NCBI GenBank assembly: GCA_965214775.1
Contig: OZ243974.1
Location: 704,001 to 768,000 of the forward strand
DNA length: 64,000 bases
Direction: 5' to 3'
DNA from: Nitrosopumilus sp.
Lineage (GTDB): Archaea; Thermoproteota; Nitrososphaeria; Nitrososphaerales; Nitrosopumilaceae
The notes beneath the pieces were generated by a model, which had not been told where the DNA came from, searched no databases, and saw only the letters and a program-made list of their open reading frames with translations. Of this stretch, positions 9,768 to 19,194 are shown one piece after another (the first letter of the stretch is position 1; every line of letters begins with the position of its first letter). A program made the position numbers and the translations under genes.

Positions 9768-10127
9768 TTATGCATGATCAGAGTCTGCCGATTTCGAATC
9801 AACTCTCATGGTGTTATGAAAGCAAACCTTCTCGCCCAAATGGCATGCAGGTCCAGACGGCTCAACAAGGTAAATGACTGCATCAGAGTCACAGTCAACT
9901 AGTATCTCTTTGATTTTTTGCGTGTTTCCCGACTCTTCCCCCTTCATCCACAGTTTGTTTCTAGAGCGGCTCCAAAACCAAGAGTTGCCAGTCTTTTTGG
10001 CCAGCTCAAGAGATTCCTTGTTTGAATAAGCCAGCGTCAGAACTGCCTTGGTGTTTACATCCTGAACAATTACTGGCACCAGTCCGCCGCCTTTTTCAAA
10101 ATCGATTTCGTCAACGGACTTGTCCAT
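9768..10127 (-). CDS. hisI: Phosphoribosyl-AMP cyclohydrolase
   Basis: WSRSR..LW.KGEESGN, DCDSD and ACH...CFH motifs. Confidence 0.95.
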   Translation of the reverse strand: MDKSVDEIDFEKGGGLVPVIVQDVNTKAVLTLAYSNKESLELAKKTGNSWFWSRSRNKLWMKGEESGNTQKIKEILVDCDSDAVIYLVEPSGPACHLGEKVCFHNTMRVDSKSADSDHA

Positions 10128-10149
10128 AGCATCTCATCACAAAATTTCC

Positions 10150-11004
10150 TTATATTCGTACAGGGATATTCTTGCCTTGCAGGACTTTTTTGACCCTGTC
10201 GACTGACTTGTCTTCATAGTGAAAAATTGAGGCTGCCAGTGCCGCATCGGCGTCTGATTTGTCAAATATCTCATACATGTCTTCGGGCTTGCCGCATCCC
10301 CCAGAAGCAATTACAGGCACGGATACGGCCTCCACAATCTTTTTTGTCAGCAGGACGTCATACCCGTCCTTGGTTCCGTCTCTGTCAATGCTAGTCAAGA
10401 GAACCTCCCCTGCGCCAAGCTCCGTTGCTTTTTTTGCCCACTGAATTGCATCAAGCCCCGTTCCTTTCTTGCCCCCATAGATGAAGACTTCAAACCAGAA
10501 CTTTCTGCCATCACCGTCATCTTCACCACCACCACCACCACCTTCTTTTTCATCTTCTTCCTCAAAAATTGTTTTTGCAGGATCACCACCATCCACAGAA
10601 TAGTTTCTTTTTGCGTCAATTGCGATGACTATGCATTGCCTTCCAAAAACATCCATGAGATCTGCAAGCAGCGTCGGGTTTTTTACGGCGCCGGTGTTTA
10701 TCCCTACTTTGTCTGCTCCGCTAAGCAAGATGTTCCTGGCGTCATCCATGCTGTTCACGCCGCCGCCAACAGTAAACGGGATGTCAATCACTCTGGCGAC
10801 GCTGGAGACAAGTTCCTTGATTGTCTTTCTTTTTTGTTGTGATGCAGTAATGTCCAAAAAGACCAGTTCGTCTGCCCCGTCCCTGCTGTATTTTGATGCA
10901 AGCTCCACAGGGTCCCCTGCATCCTTTATTGATTCAAAGTTCAATCCCTTGACAACTCGCCCGTTATCTACATCCAAGCACGGAATGATCCGCTTAGTTA
11001 GCAA
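10150..11004 (-). CDS. hisF: Imidazole glycerol phosphate synthase, cyclase subunit
   Basis: RIIPCLDV, GADELVFLDITAS, DRDGTKDGYD. Confidence 0.96.
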   Translation of the reverse strand: MLTKRIIPCLDVDNGRVVKGLNFESIKDAGDPVELASKYSRDGADELVFLDITASQQKRKTIKELVSSVARVIDIPFTVGGGVNSMDDARNILLSGADKVGINTGAVKNPTLLADLMDVFGRQCIVIAIDAKRNYSVDGGDPAKTIFEEEDEKEGGGGGGEDDGDGRKFWFEVFIYGGKKGTGLDAIQWAKKATELGAGEVLLTSIDRDGTKDGYDVLLTKKIVEAVSVPVIASGGCGKPEDMYEIFDKSDADAALAASIFHYEDKSVDRVKKVLQGKNIPVRI

Positions 11005-11710
11005 GCTGCTTTGCCTCCCTAATCGAGATCCTGTTTTCGTAAAGCGCCTTTCCCAAAATCACCGCAAAGGGATTTTTCAGTCGCACGCGCGATACATCGC
11101 CAACGTTTGATATGCCGCCGCTGGCAATTACGTTTGCCTTTTGAATGGCACATGCTTTTTCCAGGAATTCCAAGTCGGGTCCCTGCATTGTGCCGTCCCT
11201 GCGGACATTCGTAAGCAGGAATTCTGTAAACCCCATCCCTACAAATTCCTTGACTGCATCAAGCACGGACGTCGTAGAACTTTCCTGCCAGCCGTGGGTG
11301 ACTATAAGCCCGTCGGCATGATCCGCTGAGATCACGATTTTTGAAAATCCATGTTTTTTTGCCATGCTGCAAAGCAGCTGCCTGTCTTCAAATGCAAGGG
11401 TGCCAATTACGGCCCTATTGGCAAAAGAGATCGCCCTGTCAATAACTGCCTCATTGCGCAGACCGCCTGCAACCTCGACAGGAATGTCTAGGTTCCCGGC
11501 GATTTTTTCGATCAGATCCAGGTTGCTTCTTCTTCCTGTTCCAATTGCCGCATCCAGGTCAACAATGTGCAGCATGTCAGCGCCGTCTTCCTCCCATTTT
11601 TTTGCAGTTGACATCGGATCATCGCTGTAAACTGTTTTTTGCATGGGATCCCCCCTGTATAGCCGGACTACCTGCCCATCCATCAAGTCAATTGCCGGAA
11701 CTATCTTCAT
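10994..11710 (-). CDS. hisA: ProFAR isomerase
   Basis: [31 protein letters not shown]. Confidence 0.95.
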   Translation of the reverse strand: MKIVPAIDLMDGQVVRLYRGDPMQKTVYSDDPMSTAKKWEEDGADMLHIVDLDAAIGTGRRSNLDLIEKIAGNLDIPVEVAGGLRNEAVIDRAISFANRAVIGTLAFEDRQLLCSMAKKHGFSKIVISADHADGLIVTHGWQESSTTSVLDAVKEFVGMGFTEFLLTNVRRDGTMQGPDLEFLEKACAIQKANVIASGGISNVGDVSRVRLKNPFAVILGKALYENRISIREAKQLAN

Positions 11711-12312
11711 TTGACACACTCTTGCAAAAAATTCTTCAGCATCAGTGCCCCGGTAACGCCGGATTTTTCCGGATGGAACTGGGTTCCAAAATAATTGTCT
11801 TTTTGAACAATTGCGGGAACTTTTATGCCATAGTCAGATTCGGCAACTATCACGTCTTCCTGTGTTGCCGGGTCTGCACGATACGAATGGACAAAGTATA
11901 CCCATGAGCCGTTCTCAATCCCATCAAGAATCCTGCTTTCCTGCTTGATTTCCAGGGCATTCCATCCCATGTGAGGCACCTTCAGAGTGTCTGGTAAAAC
12001 CACCACATCGCCATCGATAATGCCCAGGCCTCTTTCATTTCCCTCCTGGCTTTTCTCAAAAAACATCTCCATTCCCAGGCAGATGCCAAATACGGGCGTG
12101 CTGCCTGCGACTTGCAGAAAGTCTGCCGAGCTGTGCCTTATGCTTTGTATTGCAGGATCAAAGTTGCCAACGCCGGGCAGAAAGATCCCGTCATATCCTT
12201 TCAAGCTTTCGGCCTCGGTTTTAACCTCCACAGTCGCATTTTGTTTTTCTAATGCGTTTTTGAGGCTGAAGATGTTTCCAGCCCCATAATCAAATATAGC
12301 GACCCTTGTCAT
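11707..12312 (-). CDS. hisH: Imidazole glycerol phosphate synthase, glutaminase subunit
   Basis: [24 protein letters not shown]; start ATG overlaps the hisB stop. Confidence 0.95.
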   Translation of the reverse strand: MTRVAIFDYGAGNIFSLKNALEKQNATVEVKTEAESLKGYDGIFLPGVGNFDPAIQSIRHSSADFLQVAGSTPVFGICLGMEMFFEKSQEGNERGLGIIDGDVVVLPDTLKVPHMGWNALEIKQESRILDGIENGSWVYFVHSYRADPATQEDVIVAESDYGIKVPAIVQKDNYFGTQFHPEKSGVTGALMLKNFLQECVK

Positions 12313-12902
12313 TGCATTGCGCCCTTTGTACTTGGAATGCCTTTTTGTTTTGGGTCTTTGGAGCATGCAGTTCTCAGGGCAACTGCCAAAGATTTCATTG
12401 CGGCCTCTGCCTTGTGGTGATCATTGTCGCCATACTTTACGGCAAGGTGGATGCAGGCGTTTAGATTCTGAAGCAAAGACTGGAAAAAGTGTTCAAGGTC
12501 TTCTTTTGAGACATCCTCAATCTTTGCTCTCTTAATTGGCAGAGTCAGTTTGTAAAAGGGCCTTTTTACCAAATCAACAGATGCCTCAGCTAATGATTCG
12601 TCCATTGGAACAGATGCATAGCCGAATCTGGCAACGCCTGCCCTGTCTCCCAGGGCCTCGTCTATTGCGCTTCCAATCGTAATTGCAGTATCCTCAATCA
12701 AGTGGTGTACGATGTTGTCTTTGGATTCTGCTTTGACAGTAAGATCCAGCATTGCGTGCTTTCCAAGGGCCGTAATCAGATGATCAACAAAATTTACGCC
12801 GGTCAGAACACCGGTCTTTCCGGTGCCATCCATGTTGGCAGATACAAAGACGCTAGTCTCCTTGGTTTCACGCTTGATTTTGCTTGAACGCTTTTCTTTC
12901 AT
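12309..12902 (-). CDS. hisB: Imidazoleglycerol-phosphate dehydratase
   Basis: [25 protein letters not shown]. Confidence 0.95.
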   Translation of the reverse strand: MKEKRSSKIKRETKETSVFVSANMDGTGKTGVLTGVNFVDHLITALGKHAMLDLTVKAESKDNIVHHLIEDTAITIGSAIDEALGDRAGVARFGYASVPMDESLAEASVDLVKRPFYKLTLPIKRAKIEDVSKEDLEHFFQSLLQNLNACIHLAVKYGDNDHHKAEAAMKSLAVALRTACSKDPKQKGIPSTKGAMQ

Positions 12903-12930
12903 CAGATCACCTGAGAATACTGGTATTTGA

Positions 12931-13887
12931 TCAGACTAAATTTAATACCTTCGGAATGTCATTAATTGATTCAAGAATCATGCTGACGCCTGATTCTGAG
13001 AACAGTTTGCGCCTGTCACCGGGGTTTGTACTCGTGCCCACAACGGCGCAAAACGTGGTGTTTACTCCTGCAAGGGCCGCATCTTTTGCCATCATGTAAT
13101 CCTCCATAGAGTCGCCCACGTAAAGGCAGTTTTCCGACTTCATGGACTGAATGGCGCGAATCAGGCTTGCGGGATTTGGCTTTGCCAGATCCCGTGATTC
13201 GTCTTCTAGAAACGCAGAGCTTTTCATATCAAAGTAGTCCATCATGTCTTTTAGCGAATGGCTGATTGATGCCATTCCTCTTCCCGTAACAATGGCCATT
13301 TTTTGCCCAAACTCCTTTTGCAATGTTTGTAATAGCGGCTTTGAGAGGATAACTTTGTCATTTGAGATCATTCCCTCCTCCCCCTCCTCTTCAGAAAATT
13401 TTGACTTCCTGCCAAAGAGTTTTTCGTACAGTCGGGGCCCAAAGAACAGCTGATCAAATACGGAATATACCGGATTGCCGTGTCTGTCACCCAAGGAGCC
13501 CAGTCTTGATAGAATTTCAGATATGTCATAGGCTGATTCAAGGTATGATTGAACAGAGCGGATTCCGGTTTTGTCAGTGTTTGAAACGACCTTGTAAACA
13601 AACTCCAGGGGATCTTCCCCGAGTTTGTAAGCCGTGTAAACAGACAGAATTGCAGCGTATGTCAGATCAACCTCGTCATTGAATCCCCCGGATGCCTTGA
13701 ACCCGTCAATTATCTTATGATCAATTGTTATTGAATTGATTCCTGCAAGCTCCTTGAGAAAGTACTTGCATGTCTTATCAATTGTCTTGTCATATGACTG
13801 TGTAATGTCCACTAGAACCCCGTCACAGTCAAATACGATAGAATCAAAAGATGTCTGGTTGCTCAATTTTTCATCCCAGCAGATCAC
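12931..13887 (-). CDS. HAD-family phosphatase (candidate histidinol-phosphatase)
   Basis: [13 protein letters not shown] and YVGDS motifs; embedded in the his operon. Confidence 0.82.
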   Translation of the reverse strand: MICWDEKLSNQTSFDSIVFDCDGVLVDITQSYDKTIDKTCKYFLKELAGINSITIDHKIIDGFKASGGFNDEVDLTYAAILSVYTAYKLGEDPLEFVYKVVSNTDKTGIRSVQSYLESAYDISEILSRLGSLGDRHGNPVYSVFDQLFFGPRLYEKLFGRKSKFSEEEGEEGMISNDKVILSKPLLQTLQKEFGQKMAIVTGRGMASISHSLKDMMDYFDMKSSAFLEDESRDLAKPNPASLIRAIQSMKSENCLYVGDSMEDYMMAKDAALAGVNTTFCAVVGTSTNPGDRRKLFSESGVSMILESINDIPKVLNLV

Positions 13888-14944
13888 GGATTGCCAGCAG
13901 GAACTTGGAATTCATTTCTCTTGTCCCCACCGTAACGCGCAAGCATCCCAAATGAGGGCCAATCCTGCCCAGTCTTCGAATTGAAATTCCTTGCTCGACT
14001 AGTGCAGAGAAGACACGCTTGTCTGCGCCTTTGGCGTCAAACAGTACAAAGTTGGCCCTTGAGTCAAAGACGGTAAAGGCGTCATACTTTCGAAGGTTTC
14101 CAACAATCCTCTTTCTTTCGGTCCTGATTGTTTCTGCGGCATCTTTCATTTGGTCTGCCCTGTCCAAGGATGCAATTCCAGCCTCAATTGCAAGGGAGTT
14201 GAGAGGGTAGGGATACTGCAGTATCTCGTTGAACACCCGGACAATCTTCTTGCTTGCTACAAAGTAGCCAATGCGAAGGCCTGCAAGGCCAAACGCCTTG
14301 GAAAACGTTTTGACTACAATCAGGTTGTCATATTTTTTTGCCAGTAAAGTTGCAGACGAGTCTGCAAACTCGCCATATGCCTCATCCACAATTACCAACC
14401 CGTCAAACTTTTTGATCAGGGATTCAATCTGGCTCTTTGAAAATTGAAAGCCAGTAGGATTGTTTGGCGAGTCCAGATACAGAATTTCGCATTTTTTAAG
14501 ATTTGCATCAAACTTTTCAATGTCAAGTTTCATGGCAGACGAAAACGGGATTTTTGTGCGTGGGATTGCGTATAGCTTGCATCGCTCCTCAAAGAATCCA
14601 AACGTAGGGTCAGGTGTCAGTATTCTCGTGTTTTTTGATGCCAGATTTGCCAGGAACAGATCCAGGATCTGATCAGAGCCGTTTCCGACTCCAATCATGT
14701 TTTCAGAAACTTTGAGGTACTCTGATAGCTTTGATACCAGCTTTTCTGCTCTGCCCAGCGGGTACTCTCTGACGTCTGAGTTTGCCCTGGCATAAGCGAT
14801 GACATCCTGCTGGAATCTTTTGTTAATTACGAAATTCTCATTGGAATCAAGCCTTAGCACGTCGTCGAATTTTTCTGGTTTTTTGTACCCTCCAAGCTTT
14901 GCATATTCGTCTAATTTTTTTGCATACCACGTACTCCTCTTCAT
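13871..14944 (-). CDS. hisC: Histidinol-phosphate aminotransferase
   Basis: LDSNEN, SPNNPTG, DEAY, KTFSKAFGLAGLRIG. Confidence 0.94.
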   Translation of the reverse strand: MKRSTWYAKKLDEYAKLGGYKKPEKFDDVLRLDSNENFVINKRFQQDVIAYARANSDVREYPLGRAEKLVSKLSEYLKVSENMIGVGNGSDQILDLFLANLASKNTRILTPDPTFGFFEERCKLYAIPRTKIPFSSAMKLDIEKFDANLKKCEILYLDSPNNPTGFQFSKSQIESLIKKFDGLVIVDEAYGEFADSSATLLAKKYDNLIVVKTFSKAFGLAGLRIGYFVASKKIVRVFNEILQYPYPLNSLAIEAGIASLDRADQMKDAAETIRTERKRIVGNLRKYDAFTVFDSRANFVLFDAKGADKRVFSALVEQGISIRRLGRIGPHLGCLRVTVGTREMNSKFLLAIRDLLG

Positions 14945-16236
14945 GTCAATCTGCCCCTGACTGCCTCGTAGTGATTTGGCAGCCCTTCTGCCAAGGCAAT
15001 GCTCTTCATGGACTCTGATATTTTCTGCAAGTCCTCCTTGCTAGATTCAATCCTTGTTAAAAGCTTGACAAAGTCCAGCACGGAAAGGGATCCCCTGACC
15101 TTGCCAAATCCGCTTGTAGGCAAGACATGGTTTGAGCCTAGCAGATAGTCACTTGCCGACGAAGGGCTGTTTTTCCCCAGCAGAATCGTGCCTGGGCTCT
15201 TGATTTTGCCCCATTTTTTGGAATTTCTGCTGATTATCTCCAGGTGTTCTGGCGCAAGTTCATTTGCAATTTCAGGGATGTCTGATGCCCTGCATACTGC
15301 AATAAACCCGTTTGACTCCAAGCTAGACTTTACAATGTTGGAGCGCTCTATGTATTTGAGTCTAGAGCTTACACCAGACTGTATTTTCTTTGCCGTACGG
15401 CTAGACGTGGTCAATACAAAACAGAAAGTGTCCGGAGAATGCTCGGCCTGAGAGATGAGATCCAGTGCTGCCAAATCAGCGTCGTTTTGCGAATCAATTA
15501 TGATGCCCAGCTCCGTTGGCCCTGCCATCATGTCAATGGGCGTGGTGCTACTGACCAGATATTTGGCCAGAGTTACAAACGTGCCTCCCGGACCTACAAT
15601 CTTGTCCACTTTTCTGATAGAACGCGTACCATAAGACAAGGCGCCAATTGACTGTACGCCGCCAGTCCTGTAAATTTCAGTTGCGCCACAAATGTCAGCT
15701 GCCACAACGGTTAGCGGATCTATGTTTCCGGAGGAATTCGGAGGACAGACAACAACGATTCGTTTTACCCCGGCAACTCTTGCAGGAGTGACTGACATGA
15801 TGGCAGAACTAGGATATCTGGCTGCACCACCCGGTACGTAGCATCCGACACTGTCAATTGGGACAAATGATTTGCAAAGCTTTGTTTTGCCTGACCTTAC
15901 TGTGATATCCTTGAATTGGCGCCTTAGAGATGATTCAGCTTTTGATAGTCTGGATTTTGCAAGATTGATGGCAGAGATCTCCGATGCTGAAACTTTGGAG
16001 TATGCGCTAGCTATGTCACGTTTTGAGACTCTTAGCGAGGAAATATCTCCCGCACCGAACTTTTTTTCATACTTTTTGATAGCAGAATCCCCGTTCTTTT
16101 TTACATCCTTGAGAATGGATTCTACAATTTTCTGGCTTTTTGAAGAGTTTTTTGCGGCTGTCATCGTCTTCCTTGTCAACTTTTTCTTCCTCTTTAGAAA
16201 CTGCCCAGTGTCTTTGATTGAGATGATTTTCATCAA
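14941..16236 (-). CDS. hisD: Histidinol dehydrogenase
   Basis: GCYVPGG, DKIVGPG, AGPTE, SQAEH, APEHLE, GSNHVLPT. Confidence 0.95.
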   Translation of the reverse strand: MMKIISIKDTGQFLKRKKKLTRKTMTAAKNSSKSQKIVESILKDVKKNGDSAIKKYEKKFGAGDISSLRVSKRDIASAYSKVSASEISAINLAKSRLSKAESSLRRQFKDITVRSGKTKLCKSFVPIDSVGCYVPGGAARYPSSAIMSVTPARVAGVKRIVVVCPPNSSGNIDPLTVVAADICGATEIYRTGGVQSIGALSYGTRSIRKVDKIVGPGGTFVTLAKYLVSSTTPIDMMAGPTELGIIIDSQNDADLAALDLISQAEHSPDTFCFVLTTSSRTAKKIQSGVSSRLKYIERSNIVKSSLESNGFIAVCRASDIPEIANELAPEHLEIISRNSKKWGKIKSPGTILLGKNSPSSASDYLLGSNHVLPTSGFGKVRGSLSVLDFVKLLTRIESSKEDLQKISESMKSIALAEGLPNHYEAVRGRLT

Positions 16237-17210
16237 TTCTCTTCATCACGCTTGATCTCCTCAAGCTCCAAGATTTGTCGTGGCTCATGCACCACTAGTC
16301 CCTGCGCAATCTTTCGCAATCCCGGAATTATTTTGTGAAAATCTGACTTGCTGATTACGGTATTGACTCCAAACCAGCCAGCCTCGCTTAGCGGGCTGAC
16401 TGTTGGTTTTTTAAGTGACGGTACCTGTTTTAGCAGCCTTGGCAGATTCTTCTCTTTGACATTTAGGTAGATGTGCAGGTACTTTCTGCCGTGGACTGCG
16501 CCCCGCATCAGTGTGACAATGTCAAAAATCTTTTCTCTCTTTGCCTTGTCTTTGAGTGACCCTTTGTTTACGATCAGGTGGGCAGTTGAGGTCATAACCT
16601 CGTCTACAATCTTTAGCTTGTTCTGTTTGAGCGTAGTTCCTGTCTCAGTTACGTCCATTATTGCATCCACGTCCTCCGGAGGCTTTGCCTCAGTTGCGCC
16701 AAACGACAGATGAATTTGGACAGACTTGTTGCTGCCGATGCGAAGCCACGGGGTGACAATTTGAGGATCCTTGCTTCCAAAATATTTTTTGTAGGATTTG
16801 CAGCTCTTGATAAAACGGGATGCAGTTGTAAGATATTCAGAAGAGATTCTCAGAGTTCTTTTCTTTTTTGCATAATCTGCTATCATGTCATCCAGATTTT
16901 TGTATCTGTAACTGTCTGGAAACGCAATTACCAGTCTGATTTTTCCATACTCCAAATCTAAAATCGGCTCTACATCAGACTTGGTCTCTCCAACCCAGTC
17001 TTTGCCGGTAATTCCCACGTCATACAGTCCCTCATCTACCAACATCGGAATCTCCTGGGGTCTTAGCATCTTTACCATGATTTTTGGATCATCAAGGTAT
17101 ACTCTATAGGTCCTGCTCTTTCGATTTACCTTGGTCCATGATCTTTCTAACAGCTTGAATGTAGCCTCCTCCAAGCTTCCCTTTGGAATTGCAAATCTTA
17201 CTTCAGACAT
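16233..17210 (-). CDS. hisG: ATP phosphoribosyltransferase
   Basis: AIPKGSL, DVGITGKD, DVTETGTTLKQN. Confidence 0.95.
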   Translation of the reverse strand: MSEVRFAIPKGSLEEATFKLLERSWTKVNRKSRTYRVYLDDPKIMVKMLRPQEIPMLVDEGLYDVGITGKDWVGETKSDVEPILDLEYGKIRLVIAFPDSYRYKNLDDMIADYAKKKRTLRISSEYLTTASRFIKSCKSYKKYFGSKDPQIVTPWLRIGSNKSVQIHLSFGATEAKPPEDVDAIMDVTETGTTLKQNKLKIVDEVMTSTAHLIVNKGSLKDKAKREKIFDIVTLMRGAVHGRKYLHIYLNVKEKNLPRLLKQVPSLKKPTVSPLSEAGWFGVNTVISKSDFHKIIPGLRKIAQGLVVHEPRQILELEEIKRDEEN

Positions 17211-17490
17211 GGTATACCTCCTCTCAATCTGTCGTCCATATATAATAACGTCATTAATCAGTCTTCACAGATGTAACTGACTCATGGCAATGCAGACGGC
17301 TGCATGCGGATCTGCAGGTATCATAATCTGAATTGTGTCAAATGTGGAGCCGTTTTTCTGGGAACTGGGAAGACTGTTAATTTTGCATCCAAGTATGGCG
17401 ATACGGCTGATCTTTGATCATTTTGCCAAAGATTATTGTCAAACAAGTTCGGTTTTTTACATATCTACTACAGATGCAGGCGGACACTCG

Positions 17491-17513
17491 GTTTCTAATC
17501 TCGGATCACCTCT
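17491..17513 (+). repeat. Solo right terminus of a family A MITE
   Basis: TTTCTAATCTCGGATCACCTCT versus CTTCTAATTTCGGATCATCTCT at 6293-6314. Confidence 0.55.
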
Positions 17514-17571
17514 ACCTAAGGATATGCCAAAAAGTACACATTATTATCATGTGTAATCATCACCATTTGTA

Positions 17572-18957
17572 ATGGAGAAGATCCTAAATGTCAGGCAGCG
17601 CAAAGCTGTTCCTGATTTGCTTTTGTATCGCCTGAAACAAGCAGGCAGCACAGTAGCTAATCTGAAAGGCGACATCACCGCGGGGGACAGGCCACAGCAA
17701 CAATACGGTACTCTGCAGGTTTGGCACAAAAAAAGTGATCTGGATGACTGGATAGCCGGACAGTTACGCCTGCCCTCCTCGCTGTGGGGGCCAAAACGGC
17801 TTTCAAATGATCTGATGAAAATCACACACTCAGAACTTGCAAAGCTGCGCAAAAAAGGGGCCATAGCAGACTGGAGCAGTACGAAACGAACGGCGCTGTT
17901 CCGGCTTGTCAATCCCGACATCGCCGTTATGCGCCCAACAATGACCGGATCAGAGACGGCGCCAGACGCGCCCGCGCAGACTGAACAAGACATGAAAACC
18001 ACGTTTTTGTCCATAATATCAAAATCAAGAAAAGACAACACGTACAAATTTGCCTTGGGAAAAACCCTGCTTGACTATTGCAAAGGCAATCCTCCCACGG
18101 GCCAGACACAAGTAATAACATACGACTATCTTGCAGGGGAGTTTCTCAAGCATTACTGGTATCAGAGATACAAGTTCAGGCTGAAGCAGGATTTTCACAC
18201 CAAAAAGACCCCCAGAATAATAACCATATTGGAACAGACGTTTGGAGAAAACCCCCCGCACAAGTTTGAGGATCTTGATCAAAACGACCTAAGGAAGGCA
18301 AGAGAGGGAATACTCGACAGCGTCTTTGGCCTGGCCAGACAGAAAAAGGGGATGGTAATTCAAAGATTCCAGCGGACAATGGAGGGAAACACGATCCGCG
18401 ACAATACGACGTTCTACGATTACGATGACGAAAAAAGGGAGATAACCCTCAAGCCGAAGGCACACTACTTTTTCAGACAAAACTATGGGTTGCTTACGCG
18501 CGCACTCTTGGCCGAATGGATCAAATATCTTGAGCGGGTAAACCATGGCCTTCCCATGCTTGCAGCCAAGATCGACAACGAGGAGGCAGAACGGGGCTCC
18601 CTTAAACAGTACAGAAACGCATTTTTTGAGTATTCCAAGGACTGTTTTTACTGCAACGGGCGTCTTGAACGGGACTGTATCCATGTGGATCATTTTATTC
18701 CGTGGTCGTATCTGTTTGATAACGACGCGTGGAATCTGGTTTTGGCGTGTCCTTCCTGCAATCTTCAAAAAAGCGATTCCCTGCCGCCAAAGACATTCGT
18801 AGACGAGCTGATCAAGCGCGACTCACAGTATGAGAAGACGATGGAGATGATGCGAAAGTCCCTACTGCGGTTATCCTTCAAGGGACCGTGGGAAAAAGAG
18901 ATTCACAGTCATTATGCAATATGCAAGGAATACGGATTTGGCAGGTGGCAGGTGTGA
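17572..18957 (+). CDS. HNH endonuclease (type IV restriction-like) with extra N-terminal domain
   Basis: C-terminal CFYC...VDHFIPWS...WNLVLACPSCNLQKSD; central KDNTYKFAL motif; opposite strand to both neighbours. Confidence 0.88.
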   Translation: MEKILNVRQRKAVPDLLLYRLKQAGSTVANLKGDITAGDRPQQQYGTLQVWHKKSDLDDWIAGQLRLPSSLWGPKRLSNDLMKITHSELAKLRKKGAIADWSSTKRTALFRLVNPDIAVMRPTMTGSETAPDAPAQTEQDMKTTFLSIISKSRKDNTYKFALGKTLLDYCKGNPPTGQTQVITYDYLAGEFLKHYWYQRYKFRLKQDFHTKKTPRIITILEQTFGENPPHKFEDLDQNDLRKAREGILDSVFGLARQKKGMVIQRFQRTMEGNTIRDNTTFYDYDDEKREITLKPKAHYFFRQNYGLLTRALLAEWIKYLERVNHGLPMLAAKIDNEEAERGSLKQYRNAFFEYSKDCFYCNGRLERDCIHVDHFIPWSYLFDNDAWNLVLACPSCNLQKSDSLPPKTFVDELIKRDSQYEKTMEMMRKSLLRLSFKGPWEKEIHSHYAICKEYGFGRWQV

Positions 18958-19028
18958 GGGCTGGTTTTGCATAACAGACTTTGTGTGTTGTAATCGATCC
19001 AGATCTAGGATCATTATGAGCGCATCAG

Positions 19029-19140
19029 GCCATGCTCAGCATGCACGGATGACGGCAGTAGTAATATGCAGACCACCCGGTCTATGAGATAAAGACAACC
19101 AAGCCATGCTCAGCATGCACGGATGACGGCAGTAGTAATA
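19029..19140. repeat. Two identical 38-bp direct repeats separated by 36 bp
   Basis: GCCATGCTCAGCATGCACGGATGACGGCAGTAGTAATA at 19029-19066 and 19103-19140. Confidence 0.9.
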
Positions 19141-19194
19141 GCAGCAGCAGTAAAACATGACGCATGAAAGGAAGGTGACCCAATGCATCTTGCT

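Noticed and set aside
17572-18957. Cas9/IscB assignment for the HNH protein
   Set aside because: No RuvC motifs, PLMP motif or Arg-rich bridge helix seen; the HNH domain is C-terminal as in restriction-type HNHs.
19029-19140. Calling a bona fide CRISPR array
   Set aside because: Only two repeats, no degenerate third unit at the 74-bp period on either side, no typical repeat terminus and no cas genes; kept as a repeat and a hypothesis.
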